This document shows positions 25,140-37,463 of a stretch of 64,000 nucleotides of DNA, one piece after another; position 1 is the first letter of the stretch; every line of letters begins with the position of its first letter. The stretch is from Hydrolagus affinis (Eukaryota), in the NCBI GenBank assembly GCA_012026655.1, contig JAAILG010001100.1:1-64000 (forward strand), given 5' to 3'. The notes under the pieces are model-generated. The model was not told the DNA's origin. It saw nothing but the letters and a program-made list of their open reading frames with translations, and did not search any database. The translations under genes were made by a program, and so were the position numbers.

Positions 25140-25651
25140 AAAAATCACAACAGAGAGACCTGGGGATTTGTGTTAGTGACTCTTTGAGGGTGGTAAGACA
25201 GTTATTTCAGTTATGGGGAAAGGCTGGATAGGCTAGTTTTATTCTCTTTGGAACAGAGAAGGTTGAGAGGAGACCTAATAGAGGTTTATAAAATCATGAG
25301 GGGATTTGACAGGGTGAATAAGAAAAAAACTGTTTCCACTGGTGGGCAAATCTGTGACTCGTGGTCACAGATTTAAAATAGTTTAGATACGAAGCAGAGG
25401 GGAGCTGAGGCAAAAAATTTTTACTCAGCGGATTGTTCGAATCTGGAATGCATTGCCTGAAAAGGTAGTGGAGGCCGATTCGATAACAGCTTTTAAAAGA
25501 GAATTAGATCTTTATTTAGGGAGAATAGGTCTGTTAGGTTATGGGGAGAGAGCGGGGTAGTGGGATTGAGTTGCTCTTTTCAAAGAGCCGGCACAGACTA
25601 GATGGGCTAAATGGTCTCCTTTTGTGCCGTAAAATTCTATGATTCTATGAT
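25140..25651 (+). mobile_element. CR1-type LINE 3' end, antisense in the LYVE1 3'UTR
   Basis: ORF2 C-terminus LFSLEQRRLRGDLIEVYKIM...WNALP and (ATTCTATG)n tail. Confidence 0.9.
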
Positions 25652-25676
25652 TTAGTTGATTGATGGTTCATTTCAG

Positions 25677-25773
25677 CTAATCATTTTCATCATCTACCAA
25701 GTTATGGTTCCACACTTCAACCTCTACGGTTTCTTTTGGCGGTACGCTTGAAAATGCAAAGGTGTTCTTGCAC
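25677..25773 (-). CDS. LYVE1: LYVE1 exon 6, cytoplasmic tail
   Basis: CKNTFAFSSVPPKETVEVEVWNHNLVDDEND*. Confidence 0.85.
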
Positions 25774-28700
25774 CTAGAAATCAAAAGATCTCAACGTCAG
25801 TTAAATACTTTAGCGGACCTCTGGGGTACATTCCGCATCATTTTGTTCTAAGGTTTTTTTTGTCCCTTAGAAGTTTTGTTTCATTGAAAGTTGAAATCAG
25901 AGTCATAGATAGAAAACCTACTGTACAATCTGACCAGGGTTATAATCATAGACATTCAAGACACGAAGGATACAATTCAGCCCATCACACTTGTGCTGGC
26001 TCTCTCTAAAGCTATCTACTGTATTTAGTCCCTTTTTTTACTTTTTCCCCACACTCTTGTATTTCTCTGTTTCAGGTATTCATCCAATTCCACCTTAATA
26101 GTGAATATGGATTCTCCTGCAACCTCAATTACAGGCAGGATATTGGACTTCCAAACAACCCTCTGTATTTCTTTTTAAAAAGGCTCTTAAACTCTCCCAA
26201 GTCATAGTTACCAACAACATTCTCTTTGTCTACAACACCATCAGTGGCGATATGAAGCAACGTTTTTTAATATATTTGCTCTTGGGGGCTGACTTGTCAG
26301 GATACCTGCTGTATTTGGTACCTAAGAAGCATTGAACCATTTGCCACAACTGGCTCTCTCTGGGGACAGCTGCCTTTGCATTCCTAAGCACAGGCACTAG
26401 GGGGTGCACTGGTTAAAGACAAGGTAATAGTGGAGCTGCAGTTGTAGATTCAAGTGATGATTCCTTTCCAGAGTGACAAAACACAGGCAGCAAGACAGCA
26501 AGCCTAAGCCTTGGATTTTGCCAATCTGTGCCTATACTATCTGGATAAGGCAAAAGTTGCATTCCTAAAAGCAAAAAGGGCAGCAATGCAAATGTATCAA
26601 ATTCTTATTTCAATCATAACACGATATATTATATTAGAATGTCACCTGTCACACATCACTACCACGATTTCCCGACTTCCATCATAATAAAACACAAATA
26701 TTACATTGTAAGTTCTTTCAAGTGCATTTTACCAGGCTCCAAGCCAACATTCAGCACTGTTAAATCATAGTTTAAGAATACTGGCTTGGACCTTTTGAGC
26801 CGAAAATCCCGTTTCCAAGCTAACATTCTGTGAGAGCTCTTACCTTCTGTAATAGCAACTTAAGATGAACAAAAAGATTATAATCAAACAGCCAATTGTC
26901 ACCAACAGTGAAATGATGAGTACTAGAAACACACAAAGAGAACAAAGGTTAGACAAGGTTAAGTGAACCAGGTGTGCATGTGGTTCTTATGGGATATTAG
27001 AGCAAGATGCATATAGATGGTGCATACTCTAACAAACAGGAAATAGCGATCATTTTTACAATTCATTATAATGTTGAAGTGCTTCCAAGTACATTTTTGT
27101 TATGACTGTTAATTATAGTAAAGTATAAGTATTTTAAAGTACCTTATTGCCTCATCAAGAAATCAAGGCACTGTACAAGATTGCATGCTATAGTGGTTAT
27201 TGGTGAAGGTGGCAGCCAATGTCCCACAAACCACCATAAAGTATGATCATTTTTTTGTATCAGTGGAATTGTTGGCAACACTGGGAGAAATTCTCTTTTT
27301 GAATAGTGCCACCTAGACAAGCAGATGGGACATCAGCGGAATGTCTCATCTGACAATGCAGTGATCCACAAAACATTGCAATGGAGTGTCAGCCTGGTCA
27401 GTGAGCACCATCAAGGTCCCATCAACAGCCATTTTTATTTTGTCAAATTGTTTTATGGGATCTTTAATACCCATCTGAAGAACAGGCAGAGGGCACTTTG
27501 GTATGATGATATATCTGAAGATCAATGCCTCGGGCAATGTTCCAAGCTGTATTGTACTGGGGGCAGTAACGGAACAATAATAGGGTTATTAAACAAACAA
27601 CTTCAATATATCAAATGATCCATAGATTCTTGTGTTATTTTGAGTCTCACCCCAACGGTTGTTCTTGCTGTTCACCACTACTGAGAATACCTCTGCAGTT
27701 GAGATGAGACGCGTTGTTGTCGAGAAACTGGGACTTGGTGCCACACTTTGACTGGGAGTCGTACTGGGAATTGGCAGCTCGGAATCTGCATTTGGGAGTC
27801 TGGATGTTTCAGTCTCTATTTGAACGGTAGTTTCAGAGGGCTGTGCTGATGCAATCTCTGCATGTGTGAGATCCAGGAGAGTTGGCGTCGCTGTTTCGTT
27901 GATACTCATTCCTGTGGTTGTGATTTGCAATAGTGGATCACAAATAATCTTCTCATGAGCATCTTAAAAAGGTTAAAACAAACATAGTCAGATCACAGGT
28001 TTGCTGTCAATCGATGACCTAACAAGTTTGTCAAATGCAGTTTCTTCAGGGAAAATCAATCAAAAGTTTGAAGCAGACCAATACAGAGAAATTGATTTTT
28101 TTCCCCTTTTGAGTAGGAAACAGAGCTAACCAATGATTCAAAAATATTGAAAGCCATCAGAAACAAAGTCAGCTCCAACAGGATCTCCTTCCTGCTCTTT
28201 CCCTGCTTGTATTTATTACAAGACACAAGTGGATAAAGTTGGTGCACACCTCTTGGAAAAAGTGTTTATTGCTCAAGGGTTAATCGGTGAAGTTATTTTT
28301 CCGCTATCTTTTACGAACATCCACTGATAAAGGAACATATAACTGCCACAGAAATATTTTTTCTCATCAACATTTTAGTAGATTTATTTTAAACATTTTG
28401 TTCTGAAAGTACATTTAATGGAACCTGATCTATCTCCATCTTCTTGTTAAACCTCTTTTGAATACCTCACTGTTTATTTCTCCTCCTTGCTGTTAAAACA
28501 TTTGTTATAACCATAAATAGAGCAGAAATCGTACGATTCAAGATATTTTGGAAGGCTTTTTTTTCTGTAGGATTGCTTGTCTTTAAAAATATTAAATTTC
28601 CTCCAGGCCAATTTTCTCCCCTTCTCTACTTTCCTTGCCCAACTGACATTCTTTAGGTAGATATGTCTTTATAGTGACCATGACTAGGTCATTTTAGAAT

Positions 28701-31700
28701 AGGGAGTAGGCAGGTCAAGTCCAATACAAATCCTAACACTAACTGTAAATCCAGAACAATACTTTGGGATGCACCAAAGACAATCGAGCAAGTGGATATA
28801 AGTTGCCAAGGAACAAATTCAGAACAGATACCAACGGTGTATATCTTTACCCAGAGGTTAACTAATGAGTTGATTATCCTTTGAGAAAAGAATAGTTGAT
28901 TCCAGGACAGTGGGAATTGTTTGGAATACAGCTTGTGATGGGAGGATGATAGGATGGGTCTGTGTTCTGGAAGGATGAGATCTGATGGGCCCTTTCCTTA
29001 TCTAGGGTAATCTTGTGATCTCCTGGGAAACAGCTCCACAGAGGGAATAAACAAAGAAAAAAAAAGGGAGGAAGTGAGAGGTGAAAGGGAAGTGTCTGCT
29101 TTCATGCAATATAATGATGCCATCCATCTAAAAACCAGTTCAGAAGCTCAGAGGAAAAAACAAATTGTTCCAAACAGAGGAATGTGCTGAGCTCAGCACT
29201 TTACTGTTGGAAAGCAACAAAAGCAACAAATGGCACTCATCGTCCCTCTCCACTCCCATGTTACTGAAGTAAGAACAGTTTTTTTTTTAAAAAACATAAG
29301 TGATGTAGTTTTCACTCAAGCAATTCTTAGGAAAGGAATAGAATTTGCTGCAATGGGTTCACAAAATTCTCTACCCCAAAAGGCTGTGGATCCATTCAAA
29401 TTTTCAAGACTGAGGTGGATAGGTAAGGGTATCCAGATATTTAGGGCAAAGGCTGGTAATGATCTAATAGAATGGCAGAACAGGATCGAGGGTTGAATGG
29501 CTTACTCCTGTTCCTATGTACCCTTAAATCTAACCAGGTGTCTACCCACTCCCACCACACTGGAACACCTCCTAATATAGATTTTGTTTATCCACAAATG
29601 AGGAATTGATTAGGATGTTTAAAAGGAGATGGAACTGAAATCCTAAACTTAACCCATTCCAGCCCCCCTGTTGTTCATAAAGTTCAAAAACTTCACTTTA
29701 CACAACATTGACTTGTGATAGGAAGAGATCGTTGGAATCACGTTGGATTTGTGAAATTCTTTGTATCCTGCCATTAATGGTGAACTTCCTGTTTGGCTAT
29801 TTGACATGTGCTTCCTGTCACTTCATCCAGCTCCGTATAAAAGATTCACTGCTGCAGTTTCTAACCGGTTTCAGACAGGAAAAATAATCTGTTACAGTAA
29901 CAGAGCCCTTCTCTTCCGAATTGTTGTCGTTAACAAAACTAGGATTTCTGAAGGGTCAAGAGGCCAATCAAGTGGAACAAAAATTGCATATTTATCAGAT
30001 AAATACAAACCATTAAATCCGCCCCCTCCCTCCCAGTGTTTATAAAAGTGAGAATTATATCATCAGATGTTCAAATATGAACGAATTAAGATTTACATCT
30101 GACACACTAGTCTGTTCATAGAATCATAGAATCTTACGGCACAAAAGGAGGCCATTCGGCACATCGAATCTGACAAAACCCGAGTATGCTTAGGACCTCC
30201 TCCTCACATGAAAGGCGCTATATAAATGTAATTTTGTTGTCTGGCTCGGTTAGTAACACTGGCCTATGAGATGAAAGCTTGTGGGTTTAATTATAACATC
30301 TGAACTTTGAGCTCACATTCTAGGCTGACACTCCCATACAGTGCTGAGGATGTGCTGCGTTGTTGGAGAGAGAAAATGTTGTTCAAATGAGACATGAAAC
30401 CAAATTCCCTTCTGCATATTCAGGTGGACAAGGTTCTGTGACACTACTTGAAAAATTAAGTGAATTTCATCTACTTCGTCATTGGCAATAATCCACCACA
30501 TAAAATAAAATCATTTTATAATTTATAGTATATAATTTACTAACTTAATAATATAATTAGTGCATTTCATTGCTAATTGTGGGTCTTGTGTGCCATGTTT
30601 GCCTACAAAATACAGTTACTATACTTTGTGGTATATCCTGCAAACACTTTATGATATTCACCTGATGTGAAAGGTTCTATATCAAATATAAGGATTATTA
30701 TTTGTTAAAGTTGTCAGAGTATTATTGCTGAAGCAACGTTTATTTTTAAAGCTCCCTTTTTTAAAAATATTTTTTGACTTCATGGGGAGCTATTTTACTG
30801 AGCAGGTCCTGTAATCTCAGGCCTAAATAACAATAATAATAATTATAATAATTGTTATGGCAACTTATTACATCTTCAAGATGTCTCAAAATGAATATAG
30901 TGTAAAATGAATTGACTGTATGAGGGCGAAACGAGCAGCCAATTACTCACAGCAGTGCCTCACAATAGTCATGGATTGAGTGACCAAATAACTATTTAAA
31001 AAAAAAGTTTTTAAAAATGATTATTACCTCTGGAAAAACAATCCAACAATTTAAAAAAAAGTTTTGAAAAATGATTATTACCCCTGGAAAAACAATCCAA
31101 CAATTGACTAACGACTGTTTTCCTGCTTACTGCCAGGTAAACAGAGGCATACGGAAACTTGCCGAACGTTTCTCCCTGCCTGGGAATAGAACCTGGTTCC
31201 AATCACTAGGAGGTGAATACTCCATCCAAAATGCTACCAATAGCACACAGCCTTGCTTAAAACTGCATCCACCATATCCATTCACTCATTTTCAGCCTTG
31301 TCATTAAAACATTACAAATTCCCCTAGATATTTGAATAAGTAGGTTTGCATTACCTTTGATATTGATGCAAAAGCCATCAAATGAACCATTCAAGACAGA
31401 GTTTTTTAACACTCCTGTTTGGTTGTTGGAACAAGTCATCACTGGATTGACCCTTGATATTACGGTGTATCCTTCAGCCACCCAACCATATCTGGAGTAA
31501 AAACAAACAAAGGAACAAGACTTACTAATTAAAACTGCATGTGTCAAACACCTGCCTAATGACGACAACAACAAAAAGGCACAGGAAAATGTCTCAAAGT
31601 GCTATAGAGTTGATGGGCGGGAGAGTTAGGAGTGGAGGGGGAGAATTGGGAGGGCAGCAGAAGGCACCGTTGAAGAGGAGGCTATTGAGACTGGCCCTGA

Positions 31701-34700
31701 AGGAGGCGTGGGAGGGAGGGAGCAAGGCGAAGGGATTGTGGGATGGAGTTCCAGGGTGTGGGGGCAGAGAGACTGAAAGCCTGTCCGCCGATGGTAGGGT
31801 GGGTCGGGTGGGGGACATGGAGCAGGCCAGAGCCCACTGAATGGAGGGGACAGGGAAGTTCATAGGAGGACAGCAGGTCAGAGAGGTAGGTGGGGGGCAA
31901 GGCCGTGAATGGCCTTGAAAGTGAAGACGAGGATCTTGAATTCGATCCTCTGGGGGATGGGGAGCCAATGAAGCTGGGTGAGGGTGGGAGTGATGTGTCG
32001 CGCTACTTGGTGTGGGTGAGGACACGAGCTGCAGAGTTCTGGATGATCTGCAGCTTGTGAAGGGAAGAACCAGGAAGGCCAATGAGGAGTGGAGCCTTGA
32101 TGTGATGAATGTATGGACAAGGGTTTTATATCTCTACTTATTGGTCAGCTGGGTATCTGAAACATGGGGAGGGGGGAAAGTGACTGAAAGTGCGGTCAGA
32201 GTTTGTTCTTGAGAAGGACCTTGAACGAGGTGAGGGAGAGAGCAAGTCGGAGGGGGTTAAGATTCCTAATTGCACTTTCTGATATCATTCAGAACATTAG
32301 GGTTTTATGGGCATAACTTTCACAAGAAAACAGAAGAGAAATTTGGATGGAGGAAGTCCAATGATGGCTTGCTTGTTCCATTGCATCACTACAGTATAAT
32401 TTGCCTATGAAATAAGGCCCAATTAATATTATCTTTCCATTTTCGCCGCAAGTTGTTCAGTTATGCAGCACCATCATTGCCAGCATCCGACAGAGCCATC
32501 CGCTTTGAAAGGCTGATTTGCCTATGTTTATTCATTGCTATTAACGTGAGGTGCTAAAATCGAGACGGCAGATTAACCTGTCTGAACCTGACATTTATAA
32601 GATTCAAGTTATAAAATAAAAGTTTATATTATTACATGATTCTTCATACAACTAAACAAGTTGTGGAACATCACAATTTCTAGGTAAAGGGCGTACTTTG
32701 TCATAATATTTCCATAGCGCCTATTGGGAGAAAGTTTGTGGACTTTATGTTACTCAGGAACACATTATGAATTGCTCCAAACTTTAACCCCATTATATCT
32801 ATTTTAAACAGTTTTTGAGCGTTCTACGTGGCCATAAAAAAACACCAGAACATAGAAATGTTAAAATAAGTCATACTTCATGACTGGCAATAAAATGTAA
32901 ATTATGAACTGAGCATGAGATATGAACCATTGCTTCTAATTTATTTTCCAACCTGTATTCCCCCATCAATCTCTCTAATATTCCCCGATGAAGATTCTGA
33001 TTTGTGATATAATACTGACACCCTCATCTACCTTGGCCACATTGCAATTGCTCACGTGCGAGCAGGCTGTCAATGTTGAGCCTCATCGTGTCCTCGCTAC
33101 ACAGAGATCTCGAGTAGGAAACCTGGATGATTTTCCCTTAGTTAACCCTGTTGATTAACCTCTGAGCAAAGCAATACTTGCTGGTGTCTGTCCTAAACTT
33201 CGTATCCTTAAACCTGGAGCTTTCCTTTCCTGCTGCCTCAGTGTAGCTGAAAGTACAGTATTCTGGCTTTACTTTCGCACTTCACCTACAAGATACACAG
33301 TCAATTTACTTTACAGTATATTCTGTAAGTGTTTTGAGATTTCTTGAAGGCTTGATAAGGGGCTCCATGAAATTCAAGGACTATTGTTATCCCAACTCGG
33401 CACCTTGTATACCTCCATGAAGTCCCCTCTGAGATGTTTCTTTTTGAATCCAAAGACTTGAAGTGGTACAAAAGAGGTTGGAGGAGGAGTAGCATTGCCT
33501 ACCTGCAAACCTCAAACCCACCCTGATTGGCACGCTCAACCTGGGCTTCTGTTGCCAATTGCGCCCCGAATGATTGACAGTTGGCACGAGCTTTCTCCAG
33601 TGACATTTGGTATCTGTTGTGTACACCGATGTGGAACACTCCATAATACCGACAGTTGCCATCAAAAAGATCTGTGACAGAAAGAAAGAATGCTGTTTAT
33701 ACCAGACAAAATACAAAGCAACCAAATCTACTGGCAGAATTGCAGCCACAGCTGTGCAATTTACTGCCAATGTTTCACCCACAAAATACACAGTCGCACT
33801 CTAGAGTGTATTCTGGGAAGTGCTTGAGACATCTAAACAACGTGGTTAAGGCGCTATATCAAATTCTTCTCTAATAACAAAGACTTACCTCAACAATACT
33901 GTGGGATTTAGTCTTACATTAAATATGTTTGATGGTCTGAACGTTAGGCAGACGGTCCTGCATTTATTGTGTCTGTAAAGCTTCTTTAAATGGCCTCCTT
34001 CTGTGTTGTAAGATTCTACAATTCTAAGTAATCAAAGACACAAGGGCACCTTTCGAAAAGTTCTTTGTACTCCCCCAACCCCCGCCCCCCCCACCCACCC
34101 AAACAACAAATATGGCTGGGAGTTTTAGAATAAGACAGTACGTGGTAAAAAAAGGAAGAAGTGGGTAGGTGGGGGGAACATTGCCACACCCTTTTCTTCA
34201 TTATTCTTCTTATTATTAACAAGCTCCAGATCATAAAGTTTATATTATTATATTATTACATGATTCTGATCAGCCTCGGTTAAACTAGTTCCGAAATATC
34301 ACGGTTGTTGATGCAGCATTGGCTGTACCTTGCCTTAATTCTGTAACTGTCAACGTTTAATGGCTTAAAGTTTATGGAGTTCTGTAGCTCAGTGGTTAGA
34401 GCACTCGCCTCACAAGCGAGAGACCTGGGTTTGATTCCCGGCAGAGCGAAACCGTGGGCAGGTGTGTTCAGTTTTCTTACTGAACACACCTGATAATAAT
34501 CCCTCAAGAAAAAATGATAAATATGTCAATTCAATCCACAACTGGGATTATTATCAGGTGGGAGACAATGGTGCATAATTAGCTGCTGCATTTCGCCCTC
34601 AAATACAGTCAATCCAGCGCCTTGGGACGTGAAAAGCGCTACACAAGTGTAATTTTGTTTTTGTTGTCAATTCACTTTACAGTATATTCTCTGATGCGCT

Positions 34701-36349
34701 TTGAGGCATCTAGAAAATGTGAAAAGCGCTAAATCAAATGCAAGGATTACTCTTATTATTAACATGAAAGTGCGTGCTAAAGAAACACGAGATAAGGTGG
34801 TTCAGCCCACCCAAATCACCACTTTCCTTAGGTAACATGCAACCTAGTCCGACTTTATACTCTCTCCCACTGACTTAATGGGAACTCGGATGATCATTTC
34901 TTTTTACACCCTCAACAATTTTGCAGGAGACATTGCTCGTTGCTTCTAAATCCACTCCGACTATCCCTTGCAGCTTCCATGCTCTTTCCTTGATCAATCA
35001 CAGGGTTCTGTAAACTACCACTGAGCATTTTTGCAATGCAGAATATCGGGCTAACTGGTCTACAGATAGCAAGAGCACATCTCACTCGTGTTTCGAGTTT
35101 TCTAACAATGTTTCATCTCTGTCAGGCTTTCACTATAGTCCTGACACTTGAAAATATTATAGAATCTTCAACACCCGCTTGATTAATCTGTCCTACAGGT
35201 GAAACATTAAACCAAGGTGCCACCTACTCAGGTAGTCATTGAAGATCTTGTGGCACAAGTCGAAAAGAGAAGGGAGTTTCTTATATATTTTATAAGCCCA
35301 TCTGTATGTGGATACTCGAAAAGAGAAGGGAGTTTCTTATACATTTTATAAGCCCATCTGTATGTGGATACTCGAAAAGAGAAGTGAGTTTCTCCGTCTC
35401 AGTGTCCTGGCCGATAATCCTCTGGATTAAATTGGTCATTCACTGCAAGGTTGTTGGTGTGATATGGCTGTGTGCAAATTGGCTGCCCAATCACCTACAA
35501 ATACAGGCGCTAAACCTCACAATAAGACTAGCTGAGATTTGGGGTTTTGTCTATTACTTGTGTAGTAGAAATATTTATTTGGACATTCTTGTTGCTGTCT
35601 GCAACACCAACGTTCTACCATATTGAGAGTTTTATGCCTTCTACCTTGCCACTCCCTTCTCTTTCTGTGCTACACAGTGCCACTGCTCAGCACTCGCTGG
35701 CTATTTTGTGCCTTTTCAGCGCTCTGAGACACCGTTCGGCATGGAGGGCGCTATATAAATCCAAGTTGTTGTTGTTGTCACCTCGTATCTGTTAAAACAT
35801 TCCTGCTTTATCGTTCAACAATAACTTCTAAAAACACAACTTATCTCTGCTCTTCCCACCCACACACCTTATATATACACACACAAATAAATCTTCTCCA
35901 AGTTCCTCATGAAGCTCCAAAGTTTGTCTATCTAAAATCATACAACAAAGATCTGGTGGAAGGGGTGGAGGGGTGTGGGGGCAGACAGCGAGATAAAGCA
36001 TTAGCACTGGGATTAACAAATGCCAACATTTAATGTTTAGTTTTCTATTTGGCTTTCCAAAAAGCGAGTGAGAGACAAGCACATCTGTTACAAGCACATC
36101 TATTACTTTACACCAGCCTTGCAATAGGAACCAAGATGCACAGTGTCATTTTTTCCATTTTTGGGGGGTGGTTAACCTCAAAGCAAAATGGAAATATTCT
36201 AATAATATGAGGGAAACTAGTATGAGTTGGTTAAAGTATTTAAAACCATCAAGACACAAATTAGTTATAAACGTACCTGCATGAGTCTGAACCAACAGCA
36301 GCAAACTACAGATCACAAGAATTGACGGAAGTCTCCTATGCATTTCCAT
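25677..36349 (-). CDS. LYVE1: Lymphatic vessel endothelial hyaluronan receptor 1, 6 exons, 288 aa
   Basis: Exons 36349-36277 (signal peptide), 33671-33503 and 31491-31355 (Link module CRYYGVFHI...GFEVCRYGWV...CSNNQTGV...FC), 27962-27651 (Ser/Thr stalk), 26922-26844 (TM), 25773-25677 (tail FAFSSVPPKETVEVEVW). Total 867 nt with consistent phases. Lies between RNF141 and IRAG1 as in tetrapods. Confidence 0.9.
26844..26922 (-). CDS. LYVE1: LYVE1 exon 5, transmembrane
   Basis: VLIISLLVTIGCLIIIFLFILSCYYRR; 79 nt, strong splice sites. Confidence 0.88.
27651..27962 (-). CDS. LYVE1: LYVE1 exon 4, mucin-like stalk
   Basis: DAHEKIICDPLLQITTTG...TTRLISTAEVFSVVVNSKNNRW; phase 1-1. Confidence 0.88.
30240..30700 (+). 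mobile_element. Older Deu-domain SINE (SacSINE1/AmnSINE1-like)
   Basis: TCTAGGCTGACACTCCCA...GAGACATGAAACC...ATTCAGGTGGAC. Related fragments at about 9650-9830, 27200-27500, 35190-35520, 46190-46340 and 50120-50560. Confidence 0.65.
30826..31222 (-). mobile_element. SINE family A, long variant with internal ~55-nt tandem duplication
   Basis: AAAAATGATTATTACC.CTGGAAAAACAATCCAACAA repeated twice. Confidence 0.82.
31355..31491 (-). CDS. LYVE1: LYVE1 exon 3, Link module C-half
   Basis: YGWVAEGYTVISRVNPVMTCSNNQTGVLKNSVLNGSFDGFCINIK. Confidence 0.93.
31560..32130 (-). mobile_element. L2-type LINE 3' fragment
   Basis: HITPTLTQLHWLPIPQRIEFKILVFTFKAIHGLAP. Similar fragments at about 2030-2280, 5480-5815, 14680-15200, 23700-24120, 44040-44400, 48650-49100, 51200-51420, 54950-55265 and 60830-61140. 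Confidence 0.85.
33503..33671 (-). CDS. LYVE1: LYVE1 exon 2, Link module N-half
   Basis: DLFDGNCRYYGVFHIGVHNRYQMSLEKARANCQSFGAQLATEAQVERANQGGFEVCR. Confidence 0.92.
34376..34760 (+). mobile_element. SINE family A, interrupted by a short L2-tail fragment
   Basis: Head at 34376, tail CAAGGATTAC at about 34745. Confidence 0.82.
35261..35384. repeat. 56-nt tandem duplication (2.2 copies)
   Basis: CGAAAAGAGAAGGGAGTTTCTTATA.ATTTTATAAGCCCATCTGTATGTGGATACT x2. Confidence 0.92.
36277..36349 (-). CDS. LYVE1: LYVE1 exon 1, signal peptide
   Basis: MEMHRRLPSILVICSLLLLVQTHA, phase-1 donor G|gtacg. Confidence 0.82.
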
Positions 36350-36459
36350 GTCTGTTGACGTCTGGTCAGTTCCCAAGTTATACAGTATTATGAGCAGGCA
36401 ACTGGTTTCCAGCTATTGTCACTGTAAGAGCGTAAGACCTTAAACCCGTTTGCAGTCTC

Positions 36460-36495
36460 TCTAGCTGATAAAGAATAGGAAACAGGAAGTGAAAA
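36460..36495. promoter_or_regulatory. LYVE1 proximal promoter cluster: GATA plus ETS (FOX:ETS-like and ETS-IRF-like)
   Basis: TGATAA at 36466-36471 and AAACAGGAAGTGAAA at 36480-36494, about 120-145 nt upstream of the ATG. Confidence 0.5.
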
Positions 36496-37463
36496 GCAGC
36501 GAACCAAATCATTTTTAAGAAGTTTATATTATCAGTGGATCTTGCCCATGTTGCACCAGCATAAATGTGTTGTTTCCTTCAAACACTTTGAGCAAATTTG
36601 TTATGAAAGACATGTTGGCAGGAATGTAAACTAAACTCAGCTGCAGGATATTTATTTTCATTACAAAAAATTGCTAATTTGGTTGCTCAATTCACGACTA
36701 TGTGGGACACTTGCTGCGTGCAATTGGCTGCCGCGTTTCAATCACAAAATATGCAGGATATTCACTGAAATGTCTGTGTGTTTGCCTAGAGTATATTGCC
36801 TTTAGAGTATATTCTGTGAAGCGTTTTGAGATTTCTCAAAGATGAGATAAGGCACTATATTAAATGCAAGGATTATTATTATTAAGACTAACACAGTAAT
36901 CAACAAGCAGCAAAGGGAGAGCGTCAAAATAATTGGGTGGGGCAGCTAATGTTTTGCGAGACATTTGTTTCAGGCAAAAAATCTTTGTGCTCCACCTCAT
37001 AGACATCTATCCTCCAGAAAGTCTACAACTTTCTGACTCACAACTGATCGTTCTACAAACTGAGCTAAGTTGGCACATTGAAAGTGTATGGAAAGTTTAC
37101 TTTAGTGGGAGAGCCAATTTCAGTCACCACCAGTGGATCGACTTCTATTGTAAATTACCTGCTTGGTAACCCAGCAACTCTAGCATTTAGCACAAGAAAA
37201 ACCACTGATTATTACCAATTGAAGGCATTGTGGTTGTGGCCTCTGCCTTTCAGACCACAACGGAACACCAATGAGCAAAACCATGAGCTCCATCAACAAT
37301 GTGCTAATTGCATTAAAAATAAACTTGTGTTATATATCCGCTGTTAGATTTCTGTGAGGTTGAGATTGAGAAATTGGAAAACCACATGCAGGCAGGTTTT
37401 CAACTGCTCTCTTAAACTTCAGAGTTCCTCTGACTTACGTTGTGCATCACTTCATTCAAGGTG

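Noticed and set aside
25677-36349. Calling the Link-domain gene CD44
   Set aside because: RNF141-X-IRAG1 synteny, six-exon structure, YGWV, the LI...EVF stalk motif and the F-x-F...KE.VE tail all fit LYVE1.
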